Below are positions 1-12,541 of a DNA stretch of 61,829 nucleotides, piece by piece. Positions within the stretch are counted from its first letter, which is position 1. The number at the start of each line of letters is the position of its first letter. The notes below the pieces were generated by a model, which saw only the letters and a program-made list of their open reading frames with translations, made no database searches and was not told the DNA's origin. The stretch is from assembly GCF_001194135.2 (NCBI RefSeq), contig NC_069001.1:32155488-32217316 (forward strand). Reading direction: 5' to 3'. A program made the position numbers and the translations under genes. The DNA comes from Octopus bimaculoides. Its lineage: Eukaryota.

Positions 1-185
1 GGTCACTTGTCATCGCCAAGGTCTCGGTCACTTGTCATCGCCAAGGTCTCGGTCACTTGTCATCGCCAAGGTCTCGCTCACTTGTCATCGTCAAGGTCTC
101 GCTCACTTGTCATCGCCAAGGTCTCAGTCACTTGTCATCACCAAGATCTCAGTCACTTGTCATCGCCAAGGTCTCGGTCACTTGC
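1..185. repeat. 25-bp minisatellite (GGTCACTTGTCATCGCCAAGGTCTC)n, about 7 copies, truncated by the window start
   Basis: Units start at 1, 26, 51 and onward with a few substitutions. The unit matches the antisense strand of the RTE LINE 3' coding end (compare 6991-7030). Confidence 0.92.
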
Positions 186-300
186 ATGAGCCTGGTTTAC
201 CCATATCAGATGGGTAGTCATGATGGTTATATTGGGCTTCATATATTTTACCCCAGCGTCACTTTGATGACATGCACTGCTCTCTCAATAATAATAATGA
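186..300 (+). mobile_element. Short retroposon-like 3' tail ending in (AAT)n; second copy at about 28738-28856
   Basis: Both loci share tcaga..ggtagtcatgatgg.tata.tgggcttc.tatattttaccccag.gtcactttgatg.catgcactgc.ctctc followed by aataataat. Confidence 0.65.
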
Positions 301-309
301 TGACAATAA

Positions 310-671
310 TCCTTCGAATTTTGGAACAAGGCCATCATTTTTAGGGGAAGGGATCAAGTCAATCACACTGGTACTTATTTCTAACACCCTGAAAGGATGA
401 AAGGGGAAGTCAACTTTGACAGAATTTGAACTCAGAATGTAACAAGCCGGATGAAATACTGCCAAATATTTTGATTGATGTGCTTACAATTCTGCCAGCT
501 AACCATGTCAATTACATCGACCCCAGTGCGTAACTGTTACTTATTTAACTGACCCTAAAAGGATAAAAGGCAAAATCGACCTTGGCAGAATTTGAACTCA
601 GAACATAGCGGCAGATGAAATACCATTAAGCATTTCGCCCCGCATGTTAACAATTCTGCCAGCTCACCGCC
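310..671 (-). mobile_element. Two tandem copies of tRNA-derived SINE family B
   Basis: Two occurrences of ggat.aaagg..aa.tc.ac.ttg.cagaatttgaactcagaa ... aattctgccagct. The minus-strand head ggcggtgagctggcagaa has an A-box-like motif and gagttcaaattc is B-box-like. Confidence 0.85.
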
Positions 672-746
672 ATAATAATGATAATAATAATAATAATAAT
701 AATGATAATAATAATGATAACAATAATAATAATAATAATAATAATG

Positions 747-795
<49 letters not shown>

Positions 796-804
796 ATAAA
801 TGAT
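672..804. repeat. (AAT)n microsatellite running into a gap
   Basis: Directly visible. Confidence 0.97.
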
Positions 805-1281
805 NNNNNNNNNNNNNNNNNNNNNNNNNNNNNNNNNNNNNNNNNNNNNNNNNNNNNNNNNNNNNNNNNNNNNNNNNNNNNNNNNNNNNNNNNNNNNNNN
901 NNNNNNNNNNNNNNNNNNNNNNNNNNNNNNNNNNNNNNNNNNNNNNNNNNNNNNNNNNNNNNNNNNNNNNNNNNNNNNNNNNNNNNNNNNNNNNNNNNNN
1001 NNNNNNNNNNNNNNNNNNNNNNNNNNNNNNNNNNNNNNNNNNNNNNNNNNNNNNNNNNNNNNNNNNNNNNNNNNNNNNNNNNNNNNNNNNNNNNNNNNNN
1101 NNNNNNNNNNNNNNNNNNNNNNNNNNNNNNNNNNNNNNNNNNNNNNNNNNNNNNNNNNNNNNNNNNNNNNNNNNNNNNNNNNNNNNNNNNNNNNNNNNNN
1201 NNNNNNNNNNNNNNNNNNNNNNNNNNNNNNNNNNNNNNNNNNNNNNNNNNNNNNNNNNNNNNNNNNNNNNNNNNNNNNNNN

Positions 1282-1565
1282 AGATAACTCGAATGTGGAA
1301 TCTAAAAACAGAAACAATTCCTATCATAGTAGGTGCCTTAGGTATAATAAAAAAATATTCAGACAAATACATAACAAAAACACCAGGACTTACAAATATA
1401 TATAACATACAGAAAATTGCACTACTGGGTACTGCACACATTCTACGCAAAACACTTTCAATACAGTAAACATAAGAGCACCACAGCAAACCACAGCACA
1501 TACCCAAGGCGCACAGAGCTGCGCTCGGTAGTGAAGTGAAAGTACGTTATAAAAATAAAACTACT
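1282..1565 (+). mobile_element. 3' end of an R4/Dong-clade non-LTR retrotransposon (restriction-like endonuclease C-terminus plus 3'UTR); ORF remnant 1284-1469
   Basis: Frame from 1284 reads ITRMWNLKTETIPIIVGALGIIKKYSDKYITKTPGLTNIYNIQKIALLGTAHILRKTLSIQ* with no internal stop. The PIIVGALG ... QKIALLGTAHILRK pattern is typical of R4/Dong RLE C-termini, and it is followed by (TAA)n. Confidence 0.8.
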
Positions 1566-1594
1566 GAATAATAATAATAATAATAATAATAATG

Positions 1595-1641
<47 letters not shown>
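1566..1641. repeat. (AAT)n microsatellite (tail or target of the Dong-like element)
   Basis: Directly visible. Confidence 0.97.
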
Positions 1642-1643
<2 letters not shown>

Positions 1644-2104
1644 ATAAATGATTACTGAAGCTTAAAATGTGAGAAGAGAGGCAGTATGATTAAGAAACAC
1701 CACCTCACATCCCATAGTTATGGTCTGCTTCTGGCAAAAATTCCAAGAAATTAAGATGTGACTTGTTCAAAGCAATACGATATAATATAAATATATTCTA
1801 TGTGAGATATTATATCTAATCTTGCTTTAAAATAAATCTCCCCTAAACCTCTAAAATTATGTTAGAGCAAGACTTGAAATAAGTTTTCTTCCAAGTAGTG
1901 TTAATTTGATTATTTGTATGTTCTCTGGTGTGTTAAAAATAATTTTCTGGTACACCGATTATCAAAAGTACACAAGTAGATGACATATCTTGCACAGTGA
2001 TTGTCATATATAAAATGTGCGTGTGTGTGTATGTGTGTTTGGCTGTGAGTGCCAACACACTAAACTCTTGGCCCTTGGGCCACTGCTACTTCTGCCAAAT
2101 ATGG

Positions 2105-2290
2105 CTTTCAAATTTTGGCACAAGACCAGCAATTTCGGGGGAGGGGTAAATTAGTTATATCAACCCCAGTGTTTAACTGGTACTCATTTTACCAATCCCA
2201 AAAGGATGAAAGGTGAAGTTGACCTCAGCGTTATTTGAAATCAGAATGAATATATAGATGGATGATATATACTACTAAGTATTTTGTCTG
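2105..2290 (-). mobile_element. SINE family B, degraded
   Basis: tttcaaattttggcacaagaccagcaatttc ... aactggtactc ... aaaggatgaaaggtgaagttgacctc. Confidence 0.75.
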
Positions 2291-3127
2291 GTGTGTTAAA
2301 TAAATATATATATATATATATAAATTATTTTAGCATTTTCTACCTTGACTTACTTTCCTTATATATATATATATGTGTGTGTATATATGGAAAGAGAAAG
2401 ACAGACAGACGTCGAATTGGCGGGGTTGGTAGAGCATCTGATAGAGTACATTGTGATATCTGTTCTATGTCTCTGTACTCTAAATTTAAATCCCACTCAA
2501 AGCTCTTCTTACAGACTCAGCTACCAGTCCACATACTAATTAAATACAAAATAATACAATGTCAAGTATCAATGTGGCTGGAAATTCAGAAAATCCAAGT
2601 GATGAAATTACACAGTGAGGAATACATAAAACAAAGTCAGAAGGTTTGAGAGAGGAATAAATATTTAATTAACCATGTGATTTCCATAGGATTACAGCCG
2701 TTTTGCACACTTCTTCACATGGTATGAATTTCAGCATGCAAGATATTATGCATATCTGTTTATATTAATATGTATGCTCTGCATTATACAATATAGTTGT
2801 ATCTTCACAAATTAATGTGAACCGAGAAGTCTAGCATGTCAGATCACCAGAACAGCACAGTTCCCTAACTCCAGAGCTAGCCTGCCCTATTTGCATGAAT
2901 TTGTGAAGACACAACTATTTTGTATAATGCGAAGCATACATATTAATGCCAACATATACGCATAATTTCTTGCATGCTGAAATTTGTACAAGAGGAAAGT
3001 TGTGAAACTGAAATCACATTAGATATTCATGTCTCAAACCTCTATGTTTTTATAGATATATATAGTGTGTGTGTGTGTATATATGTGTGTGTATATATGT
3101 GTGTGTATGTATATATATGTGTATGTG

Positions 3128-3187
<60 letters not shown>

Positions 3188-3789
3188 GGTGGTGGTGTCA
3201 GTTTAAGCCTGTATTGGTTTTGAGAGCAAACCCATGGTTAAATGCATTTATGCCATTTCCATCCAATCTCTTTATTTTCAAGAATAAATGTATCAAGGAC
3301 TAAATTAACCAATGTGTCCTTAAAGTTAAAAAACAAAAAAAAACAACAACAAACGTTGCAATTTGAGGAATATCTGACTGGTATTTCTAACAGACTAGGC
3401 AACCATGCAGAGGATCTTCTGTCAGCCCAGACTCCCTTGTTGGCGTTTTATCAAGGAAAGAAATCAATATTAATCAACATAATTATTATGATTGACATGA
3501 ACAGCATGAATCATATATCAATCCTACAGCACTGCCACTGCAGTGAATTATTCCTCCATATCATATCTATTTTCAGCGAGAAGGTCATGGTTGTAGTAAA
3601 CTAAGTCAATACAACACAGAACTGGTTATGATAATAATAAAAACTCCATCCTTCTTGGCTGCTGCTGAACACCCTCTGTTGAGACAGCTAGCCCCAGCTC
3701 AAATTATTTAATTATCTAAAAGGAAAACAGCATAGTCAACTGATTTGATTGCAGTGTATAACTGGTACTTGATATATTGACTAAAGCTA

Positions 3790-4165
3790 CCATGGCTATG
3801 TGGTTAAGAAGTTCACTTTGTAACCATGTGGTTTTGGGGTTCAGTCCTACTGTAGAGCACCTTCTACTATTGCCCTAGACTGACCAATGCCTCGTGAGTA
3901 TATTTGCAAGATAGAAACTACGTGGAAGGTTGTCATGTGTGTGTATGCGTGTGTGTACACAAGTGTGTGCCTGTTTTTGTGTCTCACCATTGCTTGACAG
4001 CCAGTGTTGATTTGTTTACACCCCCTTAGTGGTCTGGCAAAAAAGACCATAAAATAAGTACTAGATTTAAAAAAATAAATAATGGGGGTCAAGCTGTTTG
4101 ACTAAACCAACTCTTCAAGATAGTGCCCCAGCATGGCTGCAATCCAATGACTGGAACAAGCAAAA
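3790..4165 (+). mobile_element. tRNA-derived SINE family A (head, CORE-like segment, internal (GT)n, tail)
   Basis: tggctatgtggttaagaag (A-box-like), ggttcagtcc (B-box-like), cttctactattgccc ... ccagcatggctgcaatccaatgactggaacaag. Confidence 0.8.
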
Positions 4166-4586
4166 AAAAAAAAAGATAAAGAAAATACTAAGCAATGACA
4201 ATCAGCATTGATTCCTCCATTATTTACATTGATCCTTTCAGGTACATTCTAATTTCAAATTCAAGTGCAGCTCTTCCCAAAACACAGAGATATACATTAA
4301 CCAATATCTTATCAAATCCAAAATTGATACCATTTTTAGTATTAAGTTGCTATGGCAGCAAGTGTCATCATGACAACATCACCTGATAAGCTATTACATG
4401 TTATGTTTGTTCTTTCAGTTTTGAAAACGCCAAAGTTTACAGGTCATAAATTAATGTTATTACCAATGCACTGGACAACTGATGACGTAAACGTTGCAAG
4501 TGGAGGGTGATGGGGTGGTAAAGACTTCCTTTTATATTCTGAGATCAAATCTTACTAAAGGTGCATGTCTGTCATCTCTTTGTGAC

Positions 4587-4790
4587 CATCGTCATTTTAA
4601 TGTCCACTTTTCTATGCTTTGCATGGGTCAAACAGAGTTTATTGAGACAGATTTTCTATGACCAGATGTCATTTCCTGTTGCCACTCCTCACCTGATTCC
4701 AAACAAGATATTTCCCCATGACCAGACATGTTTTTGCAGAATTTTGGAAATGACTGGCATTCATTTACAACAATCACATGATGTTAAGAT
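4587..4790 (-). mobile_element. Family E element sharing the RTE 3' terminus; other copies at about 8790-8966(+), 17190-17410(-), 50370-50560(+), 60921-61132(+)
   Basis: Body ctgcaaaaacatgtctggtcatggggaaatat... followed by the cccatgcaagcatggaaaagtggacattaaa(tga)n end. Confidence 0.7.
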
Positions 4791-5224
4791 AAGGAAACAA
4801 ACACACACACACACACACCTGTACACACACACACACCTGTACACACACACACACACCTGTACACACACACACACCTGTACACACACACAAACCTGTACAC
4901 ACACACACACACACACACANNNNNNNNNNTTACAACAATCACATGATGTTAAGATAAGGAAACAAACACACACACACACACACCTGTACACACACACACA
5001 CACAAGCTTCTTTCAGCTTCTCACTACCAAATTCACTCACAAAACCTTGATCAGTGAGGAGCTATAGTAGAAGACCCTTGTTGGAGATTCCACACAATGG
5101 AAATAAATCTGAAACTATGTGGTTGGAAATCAAATTTCTCACACTCTAACCTTTCATAATCTGACAGACGATCCCCTCTTCCAATGGCCCCTCTCCTCTC
5201 AAAATTCTTTGTCTTGCAAGTTAC

Positions 5225-5506
5225 TTGGTGACTGCCGGTGCTGGTGTCATATAAAATGCATCCAGTCGACATTGTAAAGTGGTTGGCATTTGGAAGGCTA
5301 TCCAGCTGTAAAAACCATGCCAAAACTGACCTCACTTGCGTTGGTGCCATGTAAAAAGCACTCAGTCCACTCTGCAGAGCAGTTGGTGTTAGGAAGGCAA
5401 TCCAGGCGTAAAACCTTGTCAAAACAGACACAGTAGCCTGGGATAGTCTTCTATCTGGCCAGCTCCTACATGGAAGGTGGACATTAAACAATGATGATGA
5501 TGATGA
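5225..5506 (+). mobile_element. RTE LINE 3'UTR fragment(s) with (GAT)n tail
   Basis: gtggttggcatttggaaggctatccagctgtaaaaacc ... catggaaggtggacattaaacaatgatgatgatg. Confidence 0.8.
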
Positions 5507-6555
5507 CAGTCATGCCTGTATCTTTACACACACACACACATACATCAAGCTGTTTTGAGTTCGATCTTTTTCAACTTTATATCATTCTTTTACAGAAATT
5601 AATGGGAAAAATAAAACTCATTTTCAGCTGATTTATCCAACTTTCTATCAGTCTCAACAAACATATTTAAAAGCATAAAAATTAAAAACACCACAACACA
5701 AATATTAAAGTGGAGAAATTAAATGAAATACATGTAAAACTAAGTACAACCCATTTATTAAAACATCTGAGTTAATAAATTTTAAACAAATGTTTTTTGT
5801 TTTCATGTTACGTCCTTTTTCTGTATTCAAACCAATCAATTATCAACATAAGTTGAGGTATTCCTGTATATAATTAGGTTTGTATGCCCACTCACTATTT
5901 CAAACAATTACATTAACTTTACATTTGTACTTGCTGACCGTTCCTCTATAACTCCTAACAGAACTGCACCAACTTCACTGTATGCTTACAGTGTGTTGGT
6001 TAAGGACGTTCAGCTGTTTTTGCCCTACATAATATCCATTATTTAAAAAGAAAAAAAAATCCTACATTTCTTAACGTCAAAACAGACATTTTTCTCTATG
6101 ACATCACTGTGCAACTTGGGACTAAACTCACTCAACTAAACATATTGTTGTGGTAAGTTGAAAATATAAATATTTATATATATATATATTTATAACCAAC
6201 TCTTCCACTCATCCGACAAGGATGCCATGAATGACCAGCGTCTTTAGTGTGTGTGTGTGTGTGAGTGATTGCTATTCATTGAGCAGTCATTCAACAAGTC
6301 AATTCCGAAAATAAACCTAAGTAATACTGCAATGGTTGGAAGACATGCTTGCAATAAGGTTTCAATTTTTACTGGAATATTACTTCATTAATTTTATTCA
6401 CTTATACAGATCGTCCTAAATAAGATAAAACTTTCCAAATGATAAAGAATCATATTAGCTCCTGTGTTCAACTCCCATCATCATCGAATGTCCATGTTCC
6501 ATGCTGATGTGGATTGAACGTTCATATTCTGCCTTCAACACTACATGGTGTATAT

Positions 6556-7210
6556 CAGTGGTTCTCAACTATTTTTCACCTGTGGTTGTTGTTTTACTTT
6601 TGGTTGTTGTTTTACTCAGGTGGACCCTCATAGCCATTTGAGGTTTTAGAAATCCTACTATACTTCTATAATTAAATACTATTATGAATTCATCATCATT
6701 TAGTGTCTGCTTTCCATGCTGGTATGGGTTACAAAGTTTGACTGGAACTGGTAAACCAGAAAGCCGTACCAGATTCCAGTCTGATCTGGTATGGTTTCTA
6801 TAGCTGGATGCCCTTCCTAACACCAACCACTCCAAGAGTGTAATAGGTGCTTTTTTGTGGCACTGGCATGGGTGCCATTTACATGACACCAGCAACAGTC
6901 ACGCTATGATTTTACGGGGTCATTTACATGACACTGGCAACAGCCATGACTACAATTTCACTTGGCTGTATGAGTCTCCTTGATCACTGCATATCGCCAA
7001 AGGTCTCAGTCACTTGTCATTGCCTCCGTAAGGCCCAACATTCAAAGATCATGCTTCACCACCTCGTCTCCCATTTCAATGTGGCCCAACATTCAAGGTA
7101 AAATACTTCGTATATTGCAGAAGTATAACCAATTTATCGCCCGCAATTTTCAACAACAAAATCTTATATGGACCTCCAAGGGCCATATGGACGATGGTTG
7201 AGAACCACTG
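6556..7210. mobile_element. hAT (Charlie-like) MITE interrupted by an antisense RTE 3' fragment (about 6690-7098)
   Basis: TIRs cagtggttctcaac / gttgagaaccactg; internal reverse RTE tail starting catcatcatttagtgtctgctttccatgc. Confidence 0.8.
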
Positions 7211-7686
7211 ATATGTGTAACCCCTTACTTGAAAAACAGGTCATGGTTAATGTCAGGAAGAGCACCTGGCTGTAAAACAATACCTCAACATATTTGTCTG
7301 ACCCATGCCAGCATGGAAAAATGGATGCACAATATACAAATGGATGAAACCAATCAAAAATACATTTTGCATTATGAAATCCTACATTGTCATGGTTTTT
7401 GCAGTACTTCTGCAATGTGAGGGATGCTCACATACCACTAACATTTCTCATTTGGAGTTAAATGGATTCATTGTTATTGTAAATGACATTGTGAGTTGTC
7501 TTCGTCGTAAACAGAATGTAATACCAGAAACTAGATACAAACTATTGATGTCTTGGCCAGCTGCTGACCAGAGCTCTATCAATTATCCTTTCCTAAAATA
7601 TTTAAAGCATTTGAGGACAAAAAAAAAATGAATGAATGAACATCACAATTTTGTATCAAACAAATAATTTTTTTTTTTTTTTAAGA

Positions 7687-8285
7687 GCAGGTATGGTCAA
7701 GTGGTCAAGAAGCTCATTTTGCAACCATATGGTTTTGGGTTCAGTCTTACTATGCACCACCTTGGGCAAGTGTCTTCTACTATGGTCCCAGGTTGACCAA
7801 TTCCTTGCGAGTGAATTTGGTAGAAGGAAAGTGTGGGGAAACCCGACGTGTGTGTGTGTGTGTGTGTGTGCCCCTACTAACACCAGAGAACAATTGTTGG
7901 TTTGCTTATGCCCCTGTAACTTAGTGGTTCAGCAAAAGAGACTGATAGAATAAGTGCCAGACTTAATCCATTAGCATTTAAACCAGCCATATCTGGCCCA
8001 AATACTCAACTTGTTTTATGTTCCAACTAGCCAGATCCAGCATCTCACACCTACCCTACAATGTCATTCTAAAAATAACTATCATCCCATCAAAATGTCT
8101 TAGCTACAAGGTAATACGTGATTAATTCAAGACAATGTGAATAAATAAGCATTAAATTTGATAGAATGATCTGAATGCCAAAGGGTTAAAAACATGTACT
8201 GAGGTCAAGCTGTTCAACTAAAACCCTTCAAGGTGATGCCCCAGGATGACTGCAGTCCAACAACTGAAACAAGTAAAAGATTAAA
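7687..8285 (+). mobile_element. SINE family A split by a piggyBac-type MITE
   Basis: SINE sequence ataagtgccagac-TTAA resumes after the MITE as TTAA-aaacatgtactgaggtc. Confidence 0.8.
7963..8189. mobile_element. piggyBac-like MITE1 (about 225 bp) with TTAA at both ends
   Basis: TTAAtccattagcatt ... aatgccaaagggTTAA. Related copies at 8967-9105 (partial), 17633-17860, 52241-52756, 52911-53113, 53760-53845. Confidence 0.82.
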
Positions 8286-9164
8286 AATGAGGGAAAGAAA
8301 AATCTCGATAACAGTACATGGACTCTGTCTTGTTTTTATTGATACAGAGACTGAGCTAAAAACATTGGAATGTTTCCATTGCTCAAGGCAACAACATTTA
8401 TTTTAATTAATTTACACATTAAGGTGCAGGCACTGCTAGAAGCAGTGTGGTAAGAAGTTCAGGATTCTGCATCACTGCTTGGCATCTTGCACAGTTGTGT
8501 TCTACTATAGCTCCAGGCTGACCAAAAAAGCCTTGTGTGGATTTAATAAACTAAAACTGAAAGAAGTTGAATGTGCACGTATGTGTGTATGTAGACAGAC
8601 AGACAGATTGATAGATAGATAGATAGACAGATTGACAGACAATAAACAGACTGGCAGACAGATGAATAGATAGACTGACAGATAGATGCATAGAAAGAGA
8701 GACATTCAGATACATAGACAGACAGACAGACAGAAATAGATTAAGTGTGGTGGGCAGTGTTACTGTTTTCTTGTATTGACATTACATGATGATGTAAATG
8801 AGTGGTTATTGTCATGCAACTGATGTCCAGCCCATTTCCAGCCTTTCATGAAAATATGTCTGGTCATAAGAAAATATTACTTTACTCAGAAACAGGTGAG
8901 AAAGGGCTTCCGACTTTAGAAAATTTGCCTCAACAAATTCCATCTGCAAGCATGGCAAAGTAGACATTAACCCTTTAGTATTTAGATTATTTATTTATTC
9001 ACATTGTTTTGAATTAATCAGATATTTTCTCTTGGCTACAAGATTTCCATGACGTGAGTATATTTTTAGAATAACATTGTTGGGTAGACAGGGCTGTAGA
9101 GTCAAAACAAAAAACTTTGACTCCGACTCTACTACTGGCACCTCAAGCCAATAATGACTTAGGA

Positions 9165-9229
9165 CAGTGGTTCCCAACCTGGGGTCTGCAAAAGTAGTAC
9201 TAAGGGTCCTTCAACTAAATTCAAAATTT

Positions 9230-9289
<60 letters not shown>

Positions 9290-9364
9290 TACATACATAA
9301 GGATAAGCATATTAAAAGGGGTTCATGGGAAAATTCATTTAAATAAAAGGTTTGGGAACCACTG
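9165..9364. mobile_element. hAT MITE with 8-bp TSD and internal (TA)n
   Basis: TIR cagtggttcccaa / ttgggaaccactg; flanks acttagga / atttagga. Confidence 0.85.
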
Positions 9365-10017
9365 ATTTAGGATGTCACCATTTTCACAACCAGTTTTAGC
9401 CGATAGGTTCAAGCGAACTTGATATGAACTCAGTAATCTTTTCTTTTTCTTTTCCCTGATTTATCAGTCAATATACTTATTACTATCACTTATCTTTTTA
9501 TCTTTACTCATTTCAGTCATTGGACAGTGGCCATGCTAGGGCACCACATTAAAGTGCTTTTAGTTGAACAAATCAACATGGATATTTTTTTTTATTTTAA
9601 ACCTTGATATTTATTCTATCAGTTCCTTTTGCCAAACTGCCAAATTATGGGGACGTAAACAAACCAACAAGTTGTTAAACCATGAGTGACAAACACAAAC
9701 ACCTGTGCATATGTGTGTATGTATACACACATATTCATACATATATTATGTTATACACACACACACACACCACACACACAATGGGCTTTTGCAGTTTCAT
9801 CATCATCATCGTGTAACATTCACTTTCCATGCTGGCACATTTGATGAAACAATAAATAATTAAATACTAAAATTTAATCATTGCGTTCTATACTTTCAGA
9901 ATATATCTGAAGTCTGTCTTATCTGTGTCTCTATCTAGCCACCTCTATCTCTGTCTTTCTTTTTCTTTCTCTCTGTCTCTCTCTACTATTGGAAATATAT
10001 ATACATTTGATAACTAT

Positions 10018-10029
<12 letters not shown>

Positions 10030-10050
<21 letters not shown>

Positions 10051-10833
10051 CAGCTATAGTTCAACTTCAATGTAAATAAGGTCATCTAAGCACAGAGTCA
10101 CACAACACATACTCCCCACCACAACTGCCATATTACATACATTGACATAATGAATTAGAGATGTATACATATACGTGTGTGTGTGTGTGTGNNNNNNNNN
10201 NNNNNNNNNNNNNNNNNNNNNNNNNNNNNNNNNNNNNNNNNNNNNNNNNNNNNNNNNNNNNNNNNNNNNNNNNNNNNNNNNNNNNNNNNNNNNNNNNNNN
10301 NNNNNNNNNNNNNNNNNNNNNNNNNNNNNNNNNNNNNNNNNNNNNNNNNNNAATAGTTGTTGATGGATGGCAGCAATAGTGGTGGTGGTGGTGGTGGTGG
10401 TGGTGGTGGCGGTGGCAGTGGAGCAGTAGTGGTGAAGGTGATGGTGAAAGTAACAGCAGTGCTGTCGGTGGTAGTGGTGAACGTAGCAGCAGTAATGGTT
10501 ATGAAAAAACAGATGGCAGTGGCCACGGTGATGGGAACAGTAGTAAGAGCAGTGGTAGTAGTGCTGATGGTAGAAACAATGGCAGTTGAGGGGAGGAGTC
10601 TTTGTGCAGTGGTGGTGGTGGTGGTTGTTGTTGTTGTTGTGGTGGTGGTAGGGTGGTAATAGCATGAGTAGTGTGGTAATAACAGTGGTTGTGATAGCTG
10701 CAAAGGTGGTGGCAGTTGGTTGTGATTGTAGTATTGGTAGTGGTGGTGGTGGTAGCAGTGGCAATTAGTGGTGGTGGTGGTGGTGGTAGCAGTGGCAATT
10801 AGTAGTGATGGTGGTGGTGGTGGTGGTAGCAGT
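10030..10833. repeat. Low-complexity block: (GA)n, (GT)n and imperfect (GGT/TAG/TGG)n, with gaps
   Basis: Directly visible. It is the source of the poly-His/Thr/Val pseudo-ORFs. Confidence 0.93.
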
Positions 10834-11699
10834 NNNNNNNNNNNNNNNNNNNNNNNNNNNNNNNNNNNNNNNNNNNNNNNNNNNNNNNNNNNNNNNNNNN
10901 NNNNNNNNNNNNNNNNNNNNNNNNNNNNNNNNNNNNNNNNNNNNNNNNNNNNNNNNNNNNNNNNNNNNNNNNNNNNNNNNNNNNNNNNNNNNNNNNNNNN
11001 NNNNNNNNNNNNNNNNNNNNNNNNNNNNNNNNNNNNNNNNNNNNNNNNNNNNNNNNNNNNNNNNNNNNNNNNNNNNNNNNNNNNNNNNNNNNNNNNNNNN
11101 NNNNNNNNNNNNNNNNNNNNNNNNNNNNNNNNNNNNNNNNNNNNNNNNNNNNNNNNNNNNNNNNNNNNNNNNNNNNNNNNNNNNNNNNNNNNNNNNNNNN
11201 NNNNNNNNNNNNNNNNNNNNNNNNNNNNNNNNNNNNNNNNNNNNNNNNNNNNNNNNNNNNNNNNNNNNNNNNNNNNNNNNNNNNNNNNNNNNNNNNNNNN
11301 NNNNNNNNNNNNNNNNNNNNNNNNNNNNNNNNNNNNNNNNNNNNNNNNNNNNNNNNNNNNNNNNNNNNNNNNNNNNNNNNNNNNNNNNNNNNNNNNNNNN
11401 NNNNNNNNNNNNNNNNNNNNNNNNNNNNNNNNNNNNNNNNNNNNNNNNNNNNNNNNNNNNNNNNNNNNNNNNNNNNNNNNNNNNNNNNNNNNNNNNNNNN
11501 NNNNNNNNNNNNNNNNNNNNNAATGGAAGGTGTTGTGGAGGGTAGGTGGCGGGGTCGGTGCGGGGGAGGGAAAGGGGGTCGAACTGTTGCTTGCTGGGAT
11601 CCCTAGTTATATGGGATAGGGTTTGAAGAAAAGTGGTGTGGGGAAGGGTCTACAAGTGTTGATGACAAGAATGGAAGGGATTCGGTTAGTGTGAGAGGA

Positions 11700-11756
11700 G
11701 ATTGAAAGGGAAGAGGAAAAGGAAATGAGAAAGAGAGAGAGAGAGAGAGAGAGAGG

Positions 11757-11796
<40 letters not shown>

Positions 11797-11990
11797 AAGA
11801 GAGAGAGGAGAATAAGGAAACAAGAGAGGGAAAGAGGGAAATTGATAGACAGACAGAGAAGGGAAGAAAGGAAATGAGAAAGATATATATATCTAGAAAG
11901 AGAGAGCAAGAAAGAAAAACAGTAAAGTGAAAGTAAGTGAAAGGGGAGTGAGAAAAAGTATAAAAAGAAGCTGAATATAAGAGACAGAAG
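11700..11990. repeat. Polypurine (GA)-rich tract
   Basis: Directly visible. Confidence 0.9.
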
Positions 11991-12238
11991 AACAGAAAAC
12001 TAAGAGAAGGTTATTAAAAAGAAAATCCACCCCTCATGCACATACACACATTATCATCATTTCACAGATGTACTCTCTACTGATGTGGGTTCGATTGATC
12101 ATCACAGTCGAGTCGAGTCGCTCACATTTGGTACTAATGCCTTCATAGGATCATGGCTTGCTCGTATATACGAAGATAGATAAGGCTGGTCTATGGAATT
12201 ACCCTGGGTTTCATGTCTATAAAGTGCTTAGCTTTAGA

Positions 12239-12284
<46 letters not shown>

Positions 12285-12287
12285 TGG

Positions 12288-12500
12288 GTTGTTGCCAGTG
12301 CCACTTGACTGGCTCCCTGTGCCGGTGGTATGTAAAAAGCACCCACTACACTCTCAGAGTGGTTGGCGTTAGGAAGGGCATCCAACTGTAGAAACATTGC
12401 TAGATCAGGATGGAGCCTGGTGCAGCCTCGTGGCTTGCCAGTCCCCAGTCAAACTGTCTAAGCCAATGCCAGCATGGAAAATGGATGTATGATGATGATG
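12288..12500 (+). mobile_element. RTE LINE 3'UTR fragment with (GAT)n tail
   Basis: gccagtgccacttgactggctccctgtgccggtgg ... gtggttggcgttaggaagggcatcc ... gcatggaaaatggatgtatgatgatg. Confidence 0.85.
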
Positions 12501-12541
12501 ATATATATATACATATATACACACATACATCCACACACATA

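Noticed and set aside
1-185. CRISPR-like appearance of the 25-bp array
   Set aside because: Units are directly adjacent with no unique spacers, the DNA is eukaryotic, and the unit derives from a LINE.
4770-5000. Direct duplication of tacaacaatcacatgatgttaagataaggaaacaaac(ac)n on both sides of a 10-N gap
   Set aside because: Typical unmerged contig overlap at a microsatellite; likely an assembly artefact.
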